Source: Leptolyngbyaceae cyanobacterium (GTDB lineage: Bacteria > Cyanobacteriota > Cyanobacteriia > Phormidesmidales > Phormidesmidaceae). Taken from it: a stretch of 64,000 bases of DNA. The stretch spans positions 2,304,001 through 2,368,000 of the forward strand of contig CBDHHL010000032.1 in the NCBI GenBank assembly GCA_965263355.1. The letters run 5' to 3'. Position numbers and translations under genes: made by a program. Below are positions 11,609-22,670 of the stretch, one piece after another. Each line of letters starts with the position of its first letter. Positions within the stretch are counted from its first letter, which is position 1. The notes beneath the pieces were generated by a model. It saw nothing but the letters and a program-made list of their open reading frames with translations, did not search any database and had not been told where the DNA came from.

Positions 11609-14600
11609 ATGGTACAGAGCAAACATTGTGCCCTTCTCATCATTGGCAGCTTGTTCATTGGTGTGGAAGATGTCTGTGCCCAGTCAATCGTTCCCAATGG
11701 AGCTAACACCTCAGTCACCAATGTCAATGGTGACCATCAGGTTACTGGAGGAACTGCATCCAACGGTGGCCAGAATCTATTTCATAGTTTTGAGCAATTT
11801 GGCCTCACGTCTAACGAATCTGCCACCTTTGTCACCCAGCCTAATGTGGTCAATGTATTGGGGCAGATCAATGGAGGTAGCCCTTCGATTATCAATGGTC
11901 AGTTAGGGATTACTGGCAGTACGGCCAACTTATTTTTATTGAACCCAGCGGGAGTGGTGTTTGGGCCAGATGCCACCCTGGCATTGCCCAGAAATCTAAG
12001 TGTTTCAACGGCTGATGGGGTGGCCTTTGGAGACAATATTTTAGAGGTCATGGGCACCTCTGACTATGGCAGTCTAGTTGGCAATCCCACTGGGCTAGTC
12101 TTTCGATTTAGTACCCCTGGGTCGATCATTAATGCCGCGAACCTTAACCTCGGTGTGAATAACTCCCTGATGTTAGCAGGGGAAACCGTTGTATCAACGG
12201 GCAATATATCGGCTGGAGAGGTTGCGATCGCAGCTGTCCCCGGTGAACAACTCATCCGGCTTAACCCAGATGGAGCGATCCTCGGCTATGACATCGCCCC
12301 CAGTGGCGACAACGGTTTGTTATCTCCCCTGAGCCTTCCAGAACTCTTGACTGGTGCTGGTGATATTGCCAACAGTTTACAGCTAGACACTGATGGCACC
12401 GTACGGCTAGTTAATCATGGGTTAGCTATTCCAGACACACCGGGCACAACCATCGTAAATGGTGATATCACTGCCAGTGAGATTACCCTATTAGGAGACA
12501 TTGTCGGTGTTGTCGATAGTCTGCTAGCAGCTAGCGGTCCCGATGGCGGTGGTGCTATCTCCATTGGTGGCAGCTATCAGGGACAGGGACCTTTGCCCAA
12601 TGCCAAGATTACCTATATCAGTGCTGATTCGGTATTAAATGCCAGTGCTACCGTTAATGGGGATGGTGGCGAGATTATTGTCTGGAGCGATCAGACTACC
12701 CATGCCCTGGGTCAATTTTTAGCCCTAGGAGGACCCAGTGGCGGTAACGGTGGTTTAATCGAAACCAGTGGCCGACAAGGATTAACATTGGGCACCACTG
12801 CTCCCGATGTGTCGGCACCAGCAGGATTAGCTGGCCTATGGTTAATTGACCCATTTAATGTGGTGATTGGTGAATTTGAAACCTCTACCGAATTTTCTGA
12901 AGGAGATGTCTTTAGTCCAATTGCGTCTCCAGCTGAGTTAGATGTCGACCTTATTGTCAATGCCCTGAAAGATGGCAATGTTACGATAACGACAGGAACT
13001 GAGGGGCAAGAAGAGGGAACTATCACCCTCATCAGTGACCTGCTCTATGAGAATTTAGCAGGTCAAACAAACACATTAACGTTAGAAGCGGCAGGAAGTA
13101 TTTTTATCAATGCCAGTATCGAGCCTCTGTCGTTTAGTAATCCTATCAATATCAACCTTTTAGCCGACTCTGACAACACAGGTAATGGTCAGGTTGTTAT
13201 CGGTAATGGAGGAAATACTGATTTTTTCAGCGATATCGACACAGCTGGTGGGAATCTTACAGTAGAAGCAGATAGTACAACCTTAACTGGTATAACAGAC
13301 CCATCAGCCATCATTCTTGATAATTTTACAACGATCTCGACGTTTGATCGGTTTGGCGACGGAGAGACAGGTGGAACTGTTTTTCTAGAAGGGATTGCCA
13401 GCAGTGGTAAGGGGATTCAGCTGAGAACTGAATCTGCTCTTAGAGCTGCAAGCGATGTCACATTAATCGGTGATTCTAATGGCGATGTCGGCGTCTCCAT
13501 TGAGGGTGAACTTGAGATTAGTAATGGCTCTTTACTGGTAACGGGTAACAGCACAAACAACCCAGTCGGTATTTTTACATCAACTGATCTGCAGACTAAT
13601 ATTAACAACAATAGTCAAATTATTCTCACCAGTGACAGTGATATTCAAGTTGAGGGTTTGCGTGCCGGTGGCGATATTACAGTGACAACGCCAGCCTTCT
13701 TTAGGGCATCAGGCATCATTTTTAATGGAGAAATAGACGGGGAGATACCAGGAGAAATAGACGGAGAGATACCAGGAGAAATAGACGGGGAGATACCAGG
13801 AGAAATAGACGGAGAGATACCAGGAGAAATAGACGGAGAGATACCAGGAGAAATAGAAATAAGACCGCTTGGCAGCATTATTAGTGAGACTGGCCAGGTC
13901 ATTATTACCCACGGTGGTAATGGCCTAACTACGTTTGATGTAGGCAACGACTTGGTCAACGGTACGGCAGCTGCAATTGTTGCCACATCGGACGAGATAC
14001 AACCCCCTGCTTCCTTTACAGAAAGTTTCATAGCAATCAATGAAACTATTTCTATTTTGACTGGGGAAGTTGACCCAACAGTCCCGGTAGTCCCGGTAGT
14101 CCCGGTAGTCCCGACAGTCCCGGTAGTCCCGACAGTCCCGACAGTCCCGACAGTCCCGGCAGGTCCAGAAGAAGAACTTCCAGAAGTGGGCTGTATTGTG
14201 GACTGCCAAGAGATTCCTGTCAATCCTGATACAACGTCTATTGCAATTGACGATGCGATTATTGATATCGACTCAAATCGATTGCTCGGCGATGAGAGAG
14301 CTATTCGCCAGATTGACAATAGCTATACAAATAGTTATCAAAGCTATCTCAATTTAGGTAATGATGAATCACCGACCTTTAACATACCTCAGGTACAGAC
14401 CGATCTAGCCTTGGTAACTGAAAAAACTGGCATTCGTCCAGCCATTGTCTATGTTTCATTTGTCCCCAACAGGGACAAATCGGTTACCAATAGACAACTA
14501 TCTAAACAACAGATCGAAATAGGACAAGAAATTCAACCAACGGATGTTTTGGAATTGGTGGTGGTTACCCCTGAGGGTAAACCAATCCTCAAAACCCTAC

Positions 14601-15574
14601 CGATACAACAGGAGCAAGTATTAAAAACAGCGGCTCGGTTTCGCGCTAATGTCACTAATCTGGGACGAGTGCAGACGCAAACCTATCTCAGTGCTGCTCA
14701 GACATTACATGATTGGCTGATTGCTCCCCTAGAAGCAGAACTAGAACAGCGAGGGATTGGTAACCTGGCCTTTGTGATGCCCCCTGGATTGCGATCGCTC
14801 CCCGTATCTGCCCTCCATAACGGCGAGCAATTTCTGATTGAGCGCTACAGTGTCGGTCTAATGCCCAGCGTCAGTTTAACGGATCTGAGCTATGTAGATA
14901 TACGTGACTCTGAGGTATTGGCCATGGGGGCATCTGACTTTGCTGATCAACCCAAGTTGCCAGCGGTCCCCCTTGAACTCAGCACCATTGCCAATAAACT
15001 ATGGTCTGGTGATTTCGTTATCAATGAAACCTTTACCCCCGATTCCCTGGTGGCCAGTCGGACATTAAAACCCTATGGTATTGTCCATTTGGCTACCCAT
15101 AGTGAATTTAGGGCAGGTAGTCTTGATAACTCCTACATTCAGTTTTGGGATCAACGTCTGAGCCTTGACCAGGTTCGTTCCTTGGAGCTTAACAATCCCC
15201 CGGTTGAGCTTATGGTTCTCAGTGCCTGTCGTACCGCCCTAGGCAATGAGGAAGCTGAGTTAGGCTTTGCCGGTTTTGCTGTCCAGGCGGGTGTTAAAAC
15301 TGCCATTGCCAGCCTATGGAAAGTAGACGATGTCGGCACAGCGGGCTTAATGACCCAGTTTTATACGAGTTTACAAACCGAGCCCATCAAGGCCGAAGCC
15401 CTGCGTCAGGCACAGTTAGCCATGATCAATGGCGATATTCGAGTCGAGAATGGCCAATTGCGCTGGTCCGGAGGCACACTACCGCTGCCCGATAATTTAG
15501 CCTGGGTTGACAGTAGCCTATTTTCCCATCCCTATTTCTGGGCCTCCTTTACCTCCATTGGCAGTCCTTGGTGA
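11609..15574 (+). CDS. Filamentous haemagglutinin (TPS) N-terminal domain + C-terminal CHAT caspase-like domain protein
   Basis: Signal peptide; NLFHSFEQF and LFLLNPAG (TPS domain); HLATH and VLSAC dyad; 'HPYFWASF..IGSPW' CHAT terminus. Confidence 0.9.
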   Translation: MVQSKHCALLIIGSLFIGVEDVCAQSIVPNGANTSVTNVNGDHQVTGGTASNGGQNLFHSFEQFGLTSNESATFVTQPNVVNVLGQINGGSPSIINGQLGITGSTANLFLLNPAGVVFGPDATLALPRNLSVSTADGVAFGDNILEVMGTSDYGSLVGNPTGLVFRFSTPGSIINAANLNLGVNNSLMLAGETVVSTGNISAGEVAIAAVPGEQLIRLNPDGAILGYDIAPSGDNGLLSPLSLPELLTGAGDIANSLQLDTDGTVRLVNHGLAIPDTPGTTIVNGDITASEITLLGDIVGVVDSLLAASGPDGGGAISIGGSYQGQGPLPNAKITYISADSVLNASATVNGDGGEIIVWSDQTTHALGQFLALGGPSGGNGGLIETSGRQGLTLGTTAPDVSAPAGLAGLWLIDPFNVVIGEFETSTEFSEGDVFSPIASPAELDVDLIVNALKDGNVTITTGTEGQEEGTITLISDLLYENLAGQTNTLTLEAAGSIFINASIEPLSFSNPININLLADSDNTGNGQVVIGNGGNTDFFSDIDTAGGNLTVEADSTTLTGITDPSAIILDNFTTISTFDRFGDGETGGTVFLEGIASSGKGIQLRTESALRAASDVTLIGDSNGDVGVSIEGELEISNGSLLVTGNSTNNPVGIFTSTDLQTNINNNSQIILTSDSDIQVEGLRAGGDITVTTPAFFRASGIIFNGEIDGEIPGEIDGEIPGEIDGEIPGEIDGEIPGEIDGEIPGEIEIRPLGSIISETGQVIITHGGNGLTTFDVGNDLVNGTAAAIVATSDEIQPPASFTESFIAINETISILTGEVDPTVPVVPVVPVVPTVPVVPTVPTVPTVPAGPEEELPEVGCIVDCQEIPVNPDTTSIAIDDAIIDIDSNRLLGDERAIRQIDNSYTNSYQSYLNLGNDESPTFNIPQVQTDLALVTEKTGIRPAIVYVSFVPNRDKSVTNRQLSKQQIEIGQEIQPTDVLELVVVTPEGKPILKTLPIQQEQVLKTAARFRANVTNLGRVQTQTYLSAAQTLHDWLIAPLEAELEQRGIGNLAFVMPPGLRSLPVSALHNGEQFLIERYSVGLMPSVSLTDLSYVDIRDSEVLAMGASDFADQPKLPAVPLELSTIANKLWSGDFVINETFTPDSLVASRTLKPYGIVHLATHSEFRAGSLDNSYIQFWDQRLSLDQVRSLELNNPPVELMVLSACRTALGNEEAELGFAGFAVQAGVKTAIASLWKVDDVGTAGLMTQFYTSLQTEPIKAEALRQAQLAMINGDIRVENGQLRWSGGTLPLPDNLAWVDSSLFSHPYFWASFTSIGSPW
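13727..13857 (+). repeat. In-frame 24-bp tandem repeat, 5 copies plus a partial (GEIDGEIP)
   Basis: ggagaaatagacgg(g/a)gagatacca repeated, read directly. Confidence 0.95.
14075..14158 (+). repeat. In-frame 9-bp tandem repeat, 9 copies (P-T/V-V linker)
   Basis: ccggtagtc / ccgacagtc units read directly. Confidence 0.95.
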
Positions 15575-16198
15575 GGCAAGCTTTTTCATATCAATGCTCT
15601 TGTAGATTAAAATATTTTGTGGCTTAGTTGTGGATCGAACATCGTCAATTTTGTTTCTATATTCGTCTAGCAGCTCAATTTATCTCACTTCTAAGCTCTG
15701 ATTTGTCTGTCTCCAGATTGGACTGTAGTATTGGGAATTGTTTTATCAGTAGCATAGAAAAATCACCATTTAATCTTGTTGAAAAGTCTGCAAGGCGGCA
15801 ACCCAGAAACTGCCAGTCACAATCAGGACTACTAAGACAATGAATAGAATAATCATTGTCTTAGTAGTCTCCTTCGTCAGGTATGACAAGAACGATACGC
15901 GGACGATATGCGGACGTTCTCAGGACGTTCCTTTGAATAGCCTGTTATTAAAGCAATAACAGGACACATACGACGTTGACTCGGCTCATAGTCATTTTGG
16001 ATTCCAGCAACCGCTGATCAGCCAATGTCTTTGCTTTAGTTTCAGCCTGATTAAATGCAGACTGCTGAGCAGGGGGTTCCGCTGCAACATCCAAATTTTT
16101 GCGAATATCGCTAGCTGGAGCGGACTGATTCTGAAGTATCGGCTACACTCAAAGGCATCGGCAAGCCACTTGGCTCAAGAACCATATAAGCACATTTT

Positions 16199-16546
16199 AT
16201 GGAAGGAGTCCGCAAATTGATTCATAAAATTCGAAACGAAGGCGCATCCAGATGGCATGAACCACATAGTCCAAGTGAGGAGGAAGACTTTGCATTGGTA
16301 TCCAAAGTTATATTGCCTAACAATCGGAAAGCACTGATTATGGGCGGAATTGGCCCACAGGGGACAGAGCACATAGGGGAGTATGTGCGCAAAAATTGGC
16401 GCGAAGAAATTTACTCTTATTCACAGTCAACTGGTGCTGGGCCTTCTCACTCTATTAAAGGAAACGAGTTTGCTATGTCCATCGCAATACCTTTAGAAAC
16501 GGGAGAACCCTTAGTACAACATCGCGTATACAGCCGTCCCCATTAG
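16199..16546 (+). CDS. Hypothetical protein, possibly the C-terminal remnant of a larger gene
   Basis: 115-aa ORF with globular-looking 'DFALVSKV...LIMGGIGPQGT...YVRKNW' segment; no clear RBS. Confidence 0.4.
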   Translation: MEGVRKLIHKIRNEGASRWHEPHSPSEEEDFALVSKVILPNNRKALIMGGIGPQGTEHIGEYVRKNWREEIYSYSQSTGAGPSHSIKGNEFAMSIAIPLETGEPLVQHRVYSRPH

Positions 16547-16848
16547 GCAGCATCCTACCTGGGCTTCGCTCCCTTATACGCTTCGCTCAATTCCACTCCA
16601 GACTTTTACTCTGAGAAAGGCTGGTTTTTCATCAAGCCATTCATCTCATTTGAAGGTTTTTGTGATTAACTGGGTGCCTAGCAGTCGAGCCGGGGTTTCT
16701 GCTTGATGTTTTATGCCAGTGGTTGCCGATGAGTTTTAGTAAAAAGTAAAAACTCATCTTTGTAAAGACTGGTTATTTATACTTTTATTTCTCTTGGTGA
16801 GTTATGCCTTGCATGAATAGGTAGATGTAATTTGTTAGAGATCTTCCT

Positions 16849-17631
16849 ATGAAACTTAAACGCTTGTTTTTATGGCTTTTTCCGATGGCATTGTTGGCGT
16901 CGTTATTGTGGAATAACGTTCAACTTTTGCCAGTACGTGCTGCTGTTGACGATGCTGCTGGTCAACCCCTATTTTCTCAGACTAAACTGGCAGAGCAGTC
17001 GGCTGGGGAGTTTACCCTACCGCCTTTGCCCTATGGCTATGATGCCTTGAATGACTATATAGATAGTGAAACAATGACGATACATCATGATCGTCACCAT
17101 GCTGGCTATGTACGGAAATTAAATGCTGCGATCGCAAACCATCCTGAATTGCAGAATGATTCCTTAGAAGAATTAGTCAGTAAAGTCCATGACCTGCCCT
17201 TGGATATTCGGGCAAATGTGCGCAAAAACGGTGGTGGCCATGCCAATCACACAATGTTTTGGGAAATCATGACTCCCAATAGTCAAGGACGCCCCACAGG
17301 TGCGATCGCTACAGCCATTGATGATAAATTTGGTAACTTTGAACAGTTCAAACAAACGTTTAAGAGTGCAGGCACCAGCCAGTTTGGTAGCGGCTGGGTA
17401 TGGTTAACATTAACTAAAAACGGTCAACTGAAAGTAACCAAGACAGCGAACCAAGACAGTCCTTTGATGGAGGGTGACTATCCCATCCTAGGCAATGATG
17501 TTTGGGAGCATGCCTATTACTTAAAGTATCAAAACCGCCGAGGAGACTATCTAGACGCCTGGTGGAATGTAGTCAACTGGGACGAAGTCAATCATCGGTT
17601 TGAGCAGGCCCAAGCCTACATAGCTGGTTAA
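16849..17631 (+). CDS. sodA: Mn-type superoxide dismutase with N-terminal signal/membrane anchor
   Basis: [20 protein letters not shown] (Mn-type GG), DVWEHAYY; hydrophobic N-terminus. Confidence 0.88.
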   Translation: MKLKRLFLWLFPMALLASLLWNNVQLLPVRAAVDDAAGQPLFSQTKLAEQSAGEFTLPPLPYGYDALNDYIDSETMTIHHDRHHAGYVRKLNAAIANHPELQNDSLEELVSKVHDLPLDIRANVRKNGGGHANHTMFWEIMTPNSQGRPTGAIATAIDDKFGNFEQFKQTFKSAGTSQFGSGWVWLTLTKNGQLKVTKTANQDSPLMEGDYPILGNDVWEHAYYLKYQNRRGDYLDAWWNVVNWDEVNHRFEQAQAYIAG

Positions 17632-17761
17632 GCAAGGACTTCTACCACTAACGGCTACAGCTATTCTGTTTCCAAGGCTCCCTTGTAACAACGCGTTAGG
17701 TTGAGGTTTGTAAAATAAACTATCGTTAGTATTTTACATTTACTTGACTGACTAAATCTCC

Positions 17762-18022
17762 TCAAACAGTTTCTGTTGCTACCACCGACTCTTCTGAGCT
17801 GTTCAGAGGGCGAATATTAACAATTTTGCCACCTAGCAAATTGATTCGCTGCATTTCCTCATTCATACGATGGAACGGAACTTGAATAAATTGGGTATGA
17901 CTGTGACGAATGGGAGACTGATGAGTAAACGTCACCTCATTTTCGTTTAGCCCAACCAATTCATAGACAAACATGCGGTTGTCTGAGGTAGACAACGTAC
18001 TATTGGAATATTGTCCTAACAT
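17762..18022 (-). CDS. cpcD: Phycocyanin rod-capping linker CpcD
   Basis: 'MLGQ...NRMFVYE...VPFHRMNEEMQRINLLGGKIVNIRP'; last gene of cpc operon 1. Confidence 0.92.
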   Translation of the reverse strand: MLGQYSNSTLSTSDNRMFVYELVGLNENEVTFTHQSPIRHSHTQFIQVPFHRMNEEMQRINLLGGKIVNIRPLNSSEESVVATETV

Positions 18023-18097
18023 AGTTATCACCTTTTAAAGGATACTCAGAGAGTGATGAAGCTGATTGTTTGCTATTGCTGATGTAAGGGATGAACC

Positions 18098-18136
18098 GAT
18101 CAAAAAAACATGCTATTGGCAGATGTTTTTTTGATC
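18098..18136 (-). terminator. Stem-loop between the rod linker gene and cpcD
   Basis: gatcaaaaaaacat ... atgtttttttgatc inverted repeat. Confidence 0.55.
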
Positions 18137-18170
18137 CAACCCTATTGGGGATCAGCAATGCCGATTTTTT

Positions 18171-19043
18171 TCACGCGCGGGCAATACTGGCAACCCGTCC
18201 TCCAGTTTTGTTGATACGCTGCAGAGTTTGGGATAGAGTTTCGTAAGGTACTACAAACACTCGATTGCTGCGGCGAATACTGGGATAGCCTGGGGTACTC
18301 ATACCAGCAACTTCAATTCGATATAGAGTGCCACGTTCCTGAGTTGTGTGAGGTCGTCCAAAGACACGCGTTTGAGGAGTATTTTTCGTGGAGGCTAAAT
18401 ATGTACTGACGCCACTACCAGTTCCTGAAGGGGTATTAATTACAGATGTAGTCCCCAGGGCCAATTCTGTTGCTAAGCGGGATTTATTACCCGCAAGCTG
18501 TGATCGATCGCTATTGGCATAGCCCCGATAAAGGCTAAACATTCTAGTAAACCCTGAGATACTTTGCCCTACCTCAGTATTAAAACTGCGATAGTAGGGA
18601 ACAATGTTATCTCCAAAGGCTTGTTCATACTCCTGTGTATCGATGTAGGAATCGATATCAGCATCAAATCCTTCAGTTTCGTAACGATCTAAATGCTCAA
18701 TGATCTCTGCTTCGCTATAGGGTGCCCGCCCTAACAGATGCTTGAAATTTAGTTCAATAACACGAGTTTGAAAGTTAGGATACAAAAACTTAGTCTTGTA
18801 TAGCTCAGATTTAGCCACAGCTCTAACAAACTCTCGAACGGTTAATGTCCCATTGACAAGTAGAGATTCCAAACCGACTAACCGTTCAGATTCCATTAAG
18901 TAGTCATTGCCTAAAACATGCCGATAAACGGCCTGAATGACTGCTTTTATAGTGTCTGACGAGGCATTGGGACGAAACTCTAGGGGGCCTTGCTCACTAA
19001 ACGGTGTAGTGCCTAACCAAGCAGCCGATTGGGTAATAGCCAC
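18171..19043 (-). CDS. cpcC: Phycocyanin-associated rod linker (CpcC/CpcI-like), operon 1
   Basis: 'MAIT.SA..LGT', [21 protein letters not shown] and C-terminal CpcD-like domain; GTG start with GGAG RBS. Confidence 0.92.
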   Translation of the reverse strand: MAITQSAAWLGTTPFSEQGPLEFRPNASSDTIKAVIQAVYRHVLGNDYLMESERLVGLESLLVNGTLTVREFVRAVAKSELYKTKFLYPNFQTRVIELNFKHLLGRAPYSEAEIIEHLDRYETEGFDADIDSYIDTQEYEQAFGDNIVPYYRSFNTEVGQSISGFTRMFSLYRGYANSDRSQLAGNKSRLATELALGTTSVINTPSGTGSGVSTYLASTKNTPQTRVFGRPHTTQERGTLYRIEVAGMSTPGYPSIRRSNRVFVVPYETLSQTLQRINKTGGRVASIARA

Positions 19044-19133
19044 AGATCAATCTCCTTCAAAGTACTTAACTCGGTAATCTTGATTACCTGGATTCAGATG
19101 TCTGTATGAGGTAATACTCCAAAAGTGAGAATA

Positions 19134-19952
19134 TTACGCAGATGTAATATTGATAATACGACTACCCCTTTGATTAAGTCGTTGCAATGTGGATGATAGT
19201 TGCTCGTAGGAAACTAGATACTCTTGAACACCTAGTCGAATCTGCGGGGTACGTCCACTAGCAGATTGAGAAACGCGAATGCGATAGAGCTTTTCCCGTT
19301 TGCCCCTGGTGACACCCTGTAGCTCCTTACCAAAACCGGACGCTCTAACAGGTGTGGCTGTATTAGTTGCTAATTCTGTTGTCAAACATCCTTTTTTGTT
19401 CTGGGTCCGGGCTCGATCGCTGCTAGCATATCCTCGATATAGCTGAAACATTCTGACAAAGCCTACTGTCTTCTGATTTCTCTGAGTAGCAAACCCTCGA
19501 TAATATGGAACAATTTGGTTACCAAAGGTATCGCGATATTCATCAGAATCAAAATAGCTGCTAATTTCAGCTTCGTATCCCTTCTGAATATAAAGATCTA
19601 CATGCTCAGAAATTTCTGTCTGGTCATAGGGCGCCCGACCCAGAAAATGCTTGAAATTTAGCTCGATAAAACGAACTTGGGGATTGTTACTAAAGAACTT
19701 ATGCTTGTAGAGAGTTGACATAGCCAGGGCGCGCACAAAGTCACGAACATGAATATGTCCCTGCTTTAGCAAAGATTCAGCACTGGTCAGACGTTCTGAA
19801 CGCATTATGTGATCATTGCCAAACAACTGGCGATAGGCAGCCTCAATAATGGTTTTAATATCTGTTTCAGTCGCATTCTCCCGAAGCTCAGAGGGGGTTA
19901 CTTGAGCAAATGGTTCAAATCCTAATGAACTGGCTGATGCTTCACTTATCAT
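19134..19952 (-). CDS. cpcC: Phycocyanin-associated rod linker (CpcC2/CpcH-like), operon 1
   Basis: [21 protein letters not shown]; start set at ATG 19952. Confidence 0.9.
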   Translation of the reverse strand: MISEASASSLGFEPFAQVTPSELRENATETDIKTIIEAAYRQLFGNDHIMRSERLTSAESLLKQGHIHVRDFVRALAMSTLYKHKFFSNNPQVRFIELNFKHFLGRAPYDQTEISEHVDLYIQKGYEAEISSYFDSDEYRDTFGNQIVPYYRGFATQRNQKTVGFVRMFQLYRGYASSDRARTQNKKGCLTTELATNTATPVRASGFGKELQGVTRGKREKLYRIRVSQSASGRTPQIRLGVQEYLVSYEQLSSTLQRLNQRGSRIINITSA

Positions 19953-19996
19953 AATGGTTTTCCAGAACTGTCGTTTATGAACAATGCTTTTCTTGC

Positions 19997-20034
19997 ATCC
20001 ATTGCCTGACATGTTCGTTAGTCAGGCAATGGAT
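19997..20034 (-). terminator. Perfect 14-bp stem-loop just after cpcA (partial terminator / mRNA stabiliser)
   Basis: atccattgcctgac-N10-gtcaggcaatggat, 12 nt past the cpcA stop. Confidence 0.75.
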
Positions 20035-20046
20035 AGGCCTTAACCG

Positions 20047-20535
20047 TTAACTAAGCGCGTTAATGGCATAGTCAATGTAGGAATTTGCCTCAACGGCTGC
20101 ATCTCCACTTAGACCATGGTTGGCTTTGATATGGCTGAGCGCTTCAACATACCAACTGGGAGATAGTTCGAACGCTTTGTTAATTTCTGCAGCTCCAGCA
20201 ACCAGATAATCGTCCATTGGGCCTGTACCACCTGCCACTAGACAATAGGTAACCATCCGCAGATAATAGCCAATGTCACGAGAGCACTTAGCTTTACCTT
20301 CAGGTGTGGAAGCATAGTTGTTGCCCTGCATTTGGGTAGTGTAGGGGAACTTTTGGTATACAGCCTGAGCCGCACCGTTAACTAAGCTTTCTGCATTTTT
20401 TGTAAGGGTTTGAGCAGCAGATAGGCCTGCCTGGGCCTGACGAAAACGGCCAAAAGCAACTTGCATTTCAACGCTGCTTAGAAAGCGACCCTGGGAATCA
20501 GCTGTTGCGACAGCTTCTGTCATGGGTGTTTTCAT
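20047..20535 (-). CDS. cpcA: C-phycocyanin alpha subunit, operon 1
   Basis: [18 protein letters not shown]84SRDIGYYLR; 162 aa. Confidence 0.97.
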   Translation of the reverse strand: MKTPMTEAVATADSQGRFLSSVEMQVAFGRFRQAQAGLSAAQTLTKNAESLVNGAAQAVYQKFPYTTQMQGNNYASTPEGKAKCSRDIGYYLRMVTYCLVAGGTGPMDDYLVAGAAEINKAFELSPSWYVEALSHIKANHGLSGDAAVEANSYIDYAINALS

Positions 20536-20601
20536 GATGCTAAATCTCTCCAAAAAAAATATCTACAAAATTGACAAACGAGTTATTAACGTTGCGCAGA
20601 G

Positions 20602-21120
20602 TTAACCAACAGCACTTGCTGCCCGATCAAAGTAGCTGCTAAGTTCAGCCATCAAGGAGCTGCAATCACCTTGAGTAATACCTGCTCTGTCATTTGCGAT
20701 CGCAATTGCCGCTTCTTTCATCTTATTCACACCTTCTGCCACTGAAGCACCGGGTACGCCTAAGGCTAGATAAGTTTCACGTAAACCATTCAAACACCGA
20801 TCATCTAATACGCTGGCATCACCCGTAAATATTGCATAGGTAACATAGCGCAGAATGATTTCCATATCCCGTAAACAAGCAGCCATACGACGATGGGTAT
20901 ATGCATTACCCCCTGGTGCAATTAGTTGGGGCTGCTCCTTGAACAGTACCCGTGCTGCATTGGTAACAATGGCACTGGCGTTACCTGTTAGCCGGTTAAC
21001 CACATCCATGCGCTTACTTCCCTCTGCAACGAGTTGACTCAGCGCTTGGATTTGGGAATCGCCAATGTATTCACCTCGTGCATCGGCTTGGGCAATAACC
21101 TTTGTAAAAGCATCGAACAT
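20602..21120 (-). CDS. cpcB: C-phycocyanin beta subunit, operon 1
   Basis: [17 protein letters not shown]82LRD, GDC153; 172 aa. Confidence 0.97.
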   Translation of the reverse strand: MFDAFTKVIAQADARGEYIGDSQIQALSQLVAEGSKRMDVVNRLTGNASAIVTNAARVLFKEQPQLIAPGGNAYTHRRMAACLRDMEIILRYVTYAIFTGDASVLDDRCLNGLRETYLALGVPGASVAEGVNKMKEAAIAIANDRAGITQGDCSSLMAELSSYFDRAASAVG

Positions 21121-21568
21121 GGAAAAATCTCCTACTCAAAACAAGCATATACAAGTATTAAAGAAGCTGTTGGAAAAAGCTTCAAATTTCACCAACAAGA
21201 TGTTCTAAACAAAACATATCTCAAACGAGTGAAACTAATTTCCTTCTATTTGAGAGAGGAGAGCAACGCCCTAACAAGAAAAAATTGAAGAACATCTTAA
21301 TGGAGAAAAGCATCAAAATACATCTCCCTCAAAGCTTATAAACTTTATCGGAAATAAATCCTTGTTGTACAAGGTTTTAGAAACTGTTGGAAGGCAGCCT
21401 AAATACTTGCTAAAAGGCATGGAGTTAGTGACGCTCCTAATCTTACTTGCCGATTAAGTCTAATGCGCTGTTAGCAAATGTTACTTTGCTAACAACCTTT
21501 GAGGGAAGAGAGCCCTGACCTCAATCAAGGCTCTGACTTTTGAACCAAGTTGATTTAATCAATTTGAT

Positions 21569-21586
21569 TGTGCAAGCACTGTGCAT
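21569..21586 (-). promoter_or_regulatory. L-box (RcaC binding site) upstream of cpcB operon 1
   Basis: Minus strand ATGCACA-GTGC-TTGCACA versus consensus TTGCACA-N4-TTGCACA. Confidence 0.8.
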
Positions 21587-21668
21587 GGCTTTGTATCTGA
21601 ATGCTTACAATTCTCTAAATGCCTGTGAAATATACCTTAGAGAGACTGGTAGCAGGATTTGCACAAGC

Positions 21669-22451
21669 TTATGAATGTTTACATTCTGTTGCATCCTTCT
21701 CAGTCATAGTCGCATCTCCACAATCAAACAGCATGGTACGCAGATATCGATCGGCCCATTCAGCGCCAAAGGCACACTCTAGGATTCGTCTGGTTTTATC
21801 ATTTTTTTGTTGCTGTAGGCAATAGCGACGTTGACCAGCCATAATCAGTGCCTCTTGTTCCATAGAATCAACAGGACTGGTCTGTTTACTTAATTGACAA
21901 TGAATTGACAAAAATTGACTTGCTTGAGTTAGAAATAACATTTCTTCCTGCTCGTTTGTAGGGCTAACAAACAAACAAAAATCAGAAAAAATATCGCCCC
22001 AATCGGGTAACTTTCGTGGTTGGGTAAACTGGTTCCTTGGCAACTGTTTCAAAGCCTGATAATAATTGGCAGGTAAGCTTTGAACAGCGGAAACAGGGGA
22101 TAAATCAACAATTGCAGCACTAATCTTTCCTCGGCCTGCTACAATATCAACGCCAAAAATTGGTAAGGGATAATTAGTCCGTGGGAACATGACGCAGTGA
22201 AGAATATCCAAATGTTGTCCCACTTTGGCTAGCTCTAAATGAACTTTACGAAACTGCACCGTTTGATAACAGTGGTTTTCAATGGTTAGTCTCTCACCTT
22301 CAAGCGTCCCTTCGATATAGCCTAAGTCCTTGGGCGTCTGATAAGGATAAAGTACAAACTGACTTTGCCAGATTGATTCAAGGGTTTTGGCTAGTTGAGA
22401 GATTAAAGGGTGCTGATATTGACACAGAGAGCTGTAACGAACTTGATTCAT
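21669..22451 (-). CDS. pcyA: Phycocyanobilin:ferredoxin oxidoreductase
   Basis: FRKVHLE, LDILHCVMFP, PIFGVD, LPDWGDIFS, NDKTRRILE; start may be 22451 or 22487. Confidence 0.95.
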   Translation of the reverse strand: MNQVRYSSLCQYQHPLISQLAKTLESIWQSQFVLYPYQTPKDLGYIEGTLEGERLTIENHCYQTVQFRKVHLELAKVGQHLDILHCVMFPRTNYPLPIFGVDIVAGRGKISAAIVDLSPVSAVQSLPANYYQALKQLPRNQFTQPRKLPDWGDIFSDFCLFVSPTNEQEEMLFLTQASQFLSIHCQLSKQTSPVDSMEQEALIMAGQRRYCLQQQKNDKTRRILECAFGAEWADRYLRTMLFDCGDATMTEKDATECKHS

Positions 22452-22614
22452 GATTATAGGTAAGTCATTGTGAAGTCTTGATGGCAATGGTTGCCGCCCT
22501 TTGTTCGATCACCTCCCAAATATGGTGCATTGTTTAACTGGTTGATCACATTTGGAAGTTGAAAAACCTGTGGGTTGAGTATTGCAAAGGTATACCCTTA
22601 CCATGCCGTACCAC

Positions 22615-22632
22615 TGTGCAAACTCTGTGCAC
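22615..22632 (-). promoter_or_regulatory. L-box (RcaC binding site) upstream of pcyA
   Basis: Minus strand GTGCACA-GAGT-TTGCACA; pcyA is a known L-box target in Fremyella diplosiphon. Confidence 0.8.
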
Positions 22633-22670
22633 ATTTAAGGCTGTATTGACAAATATCTGGTGTGTAGGGG

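Noticed and set aside
21659..21665. Extra TTGCACA L-box half-site
   Set aside because: Single half-site in the opposite orientation with no partner at 11-bp spacing.
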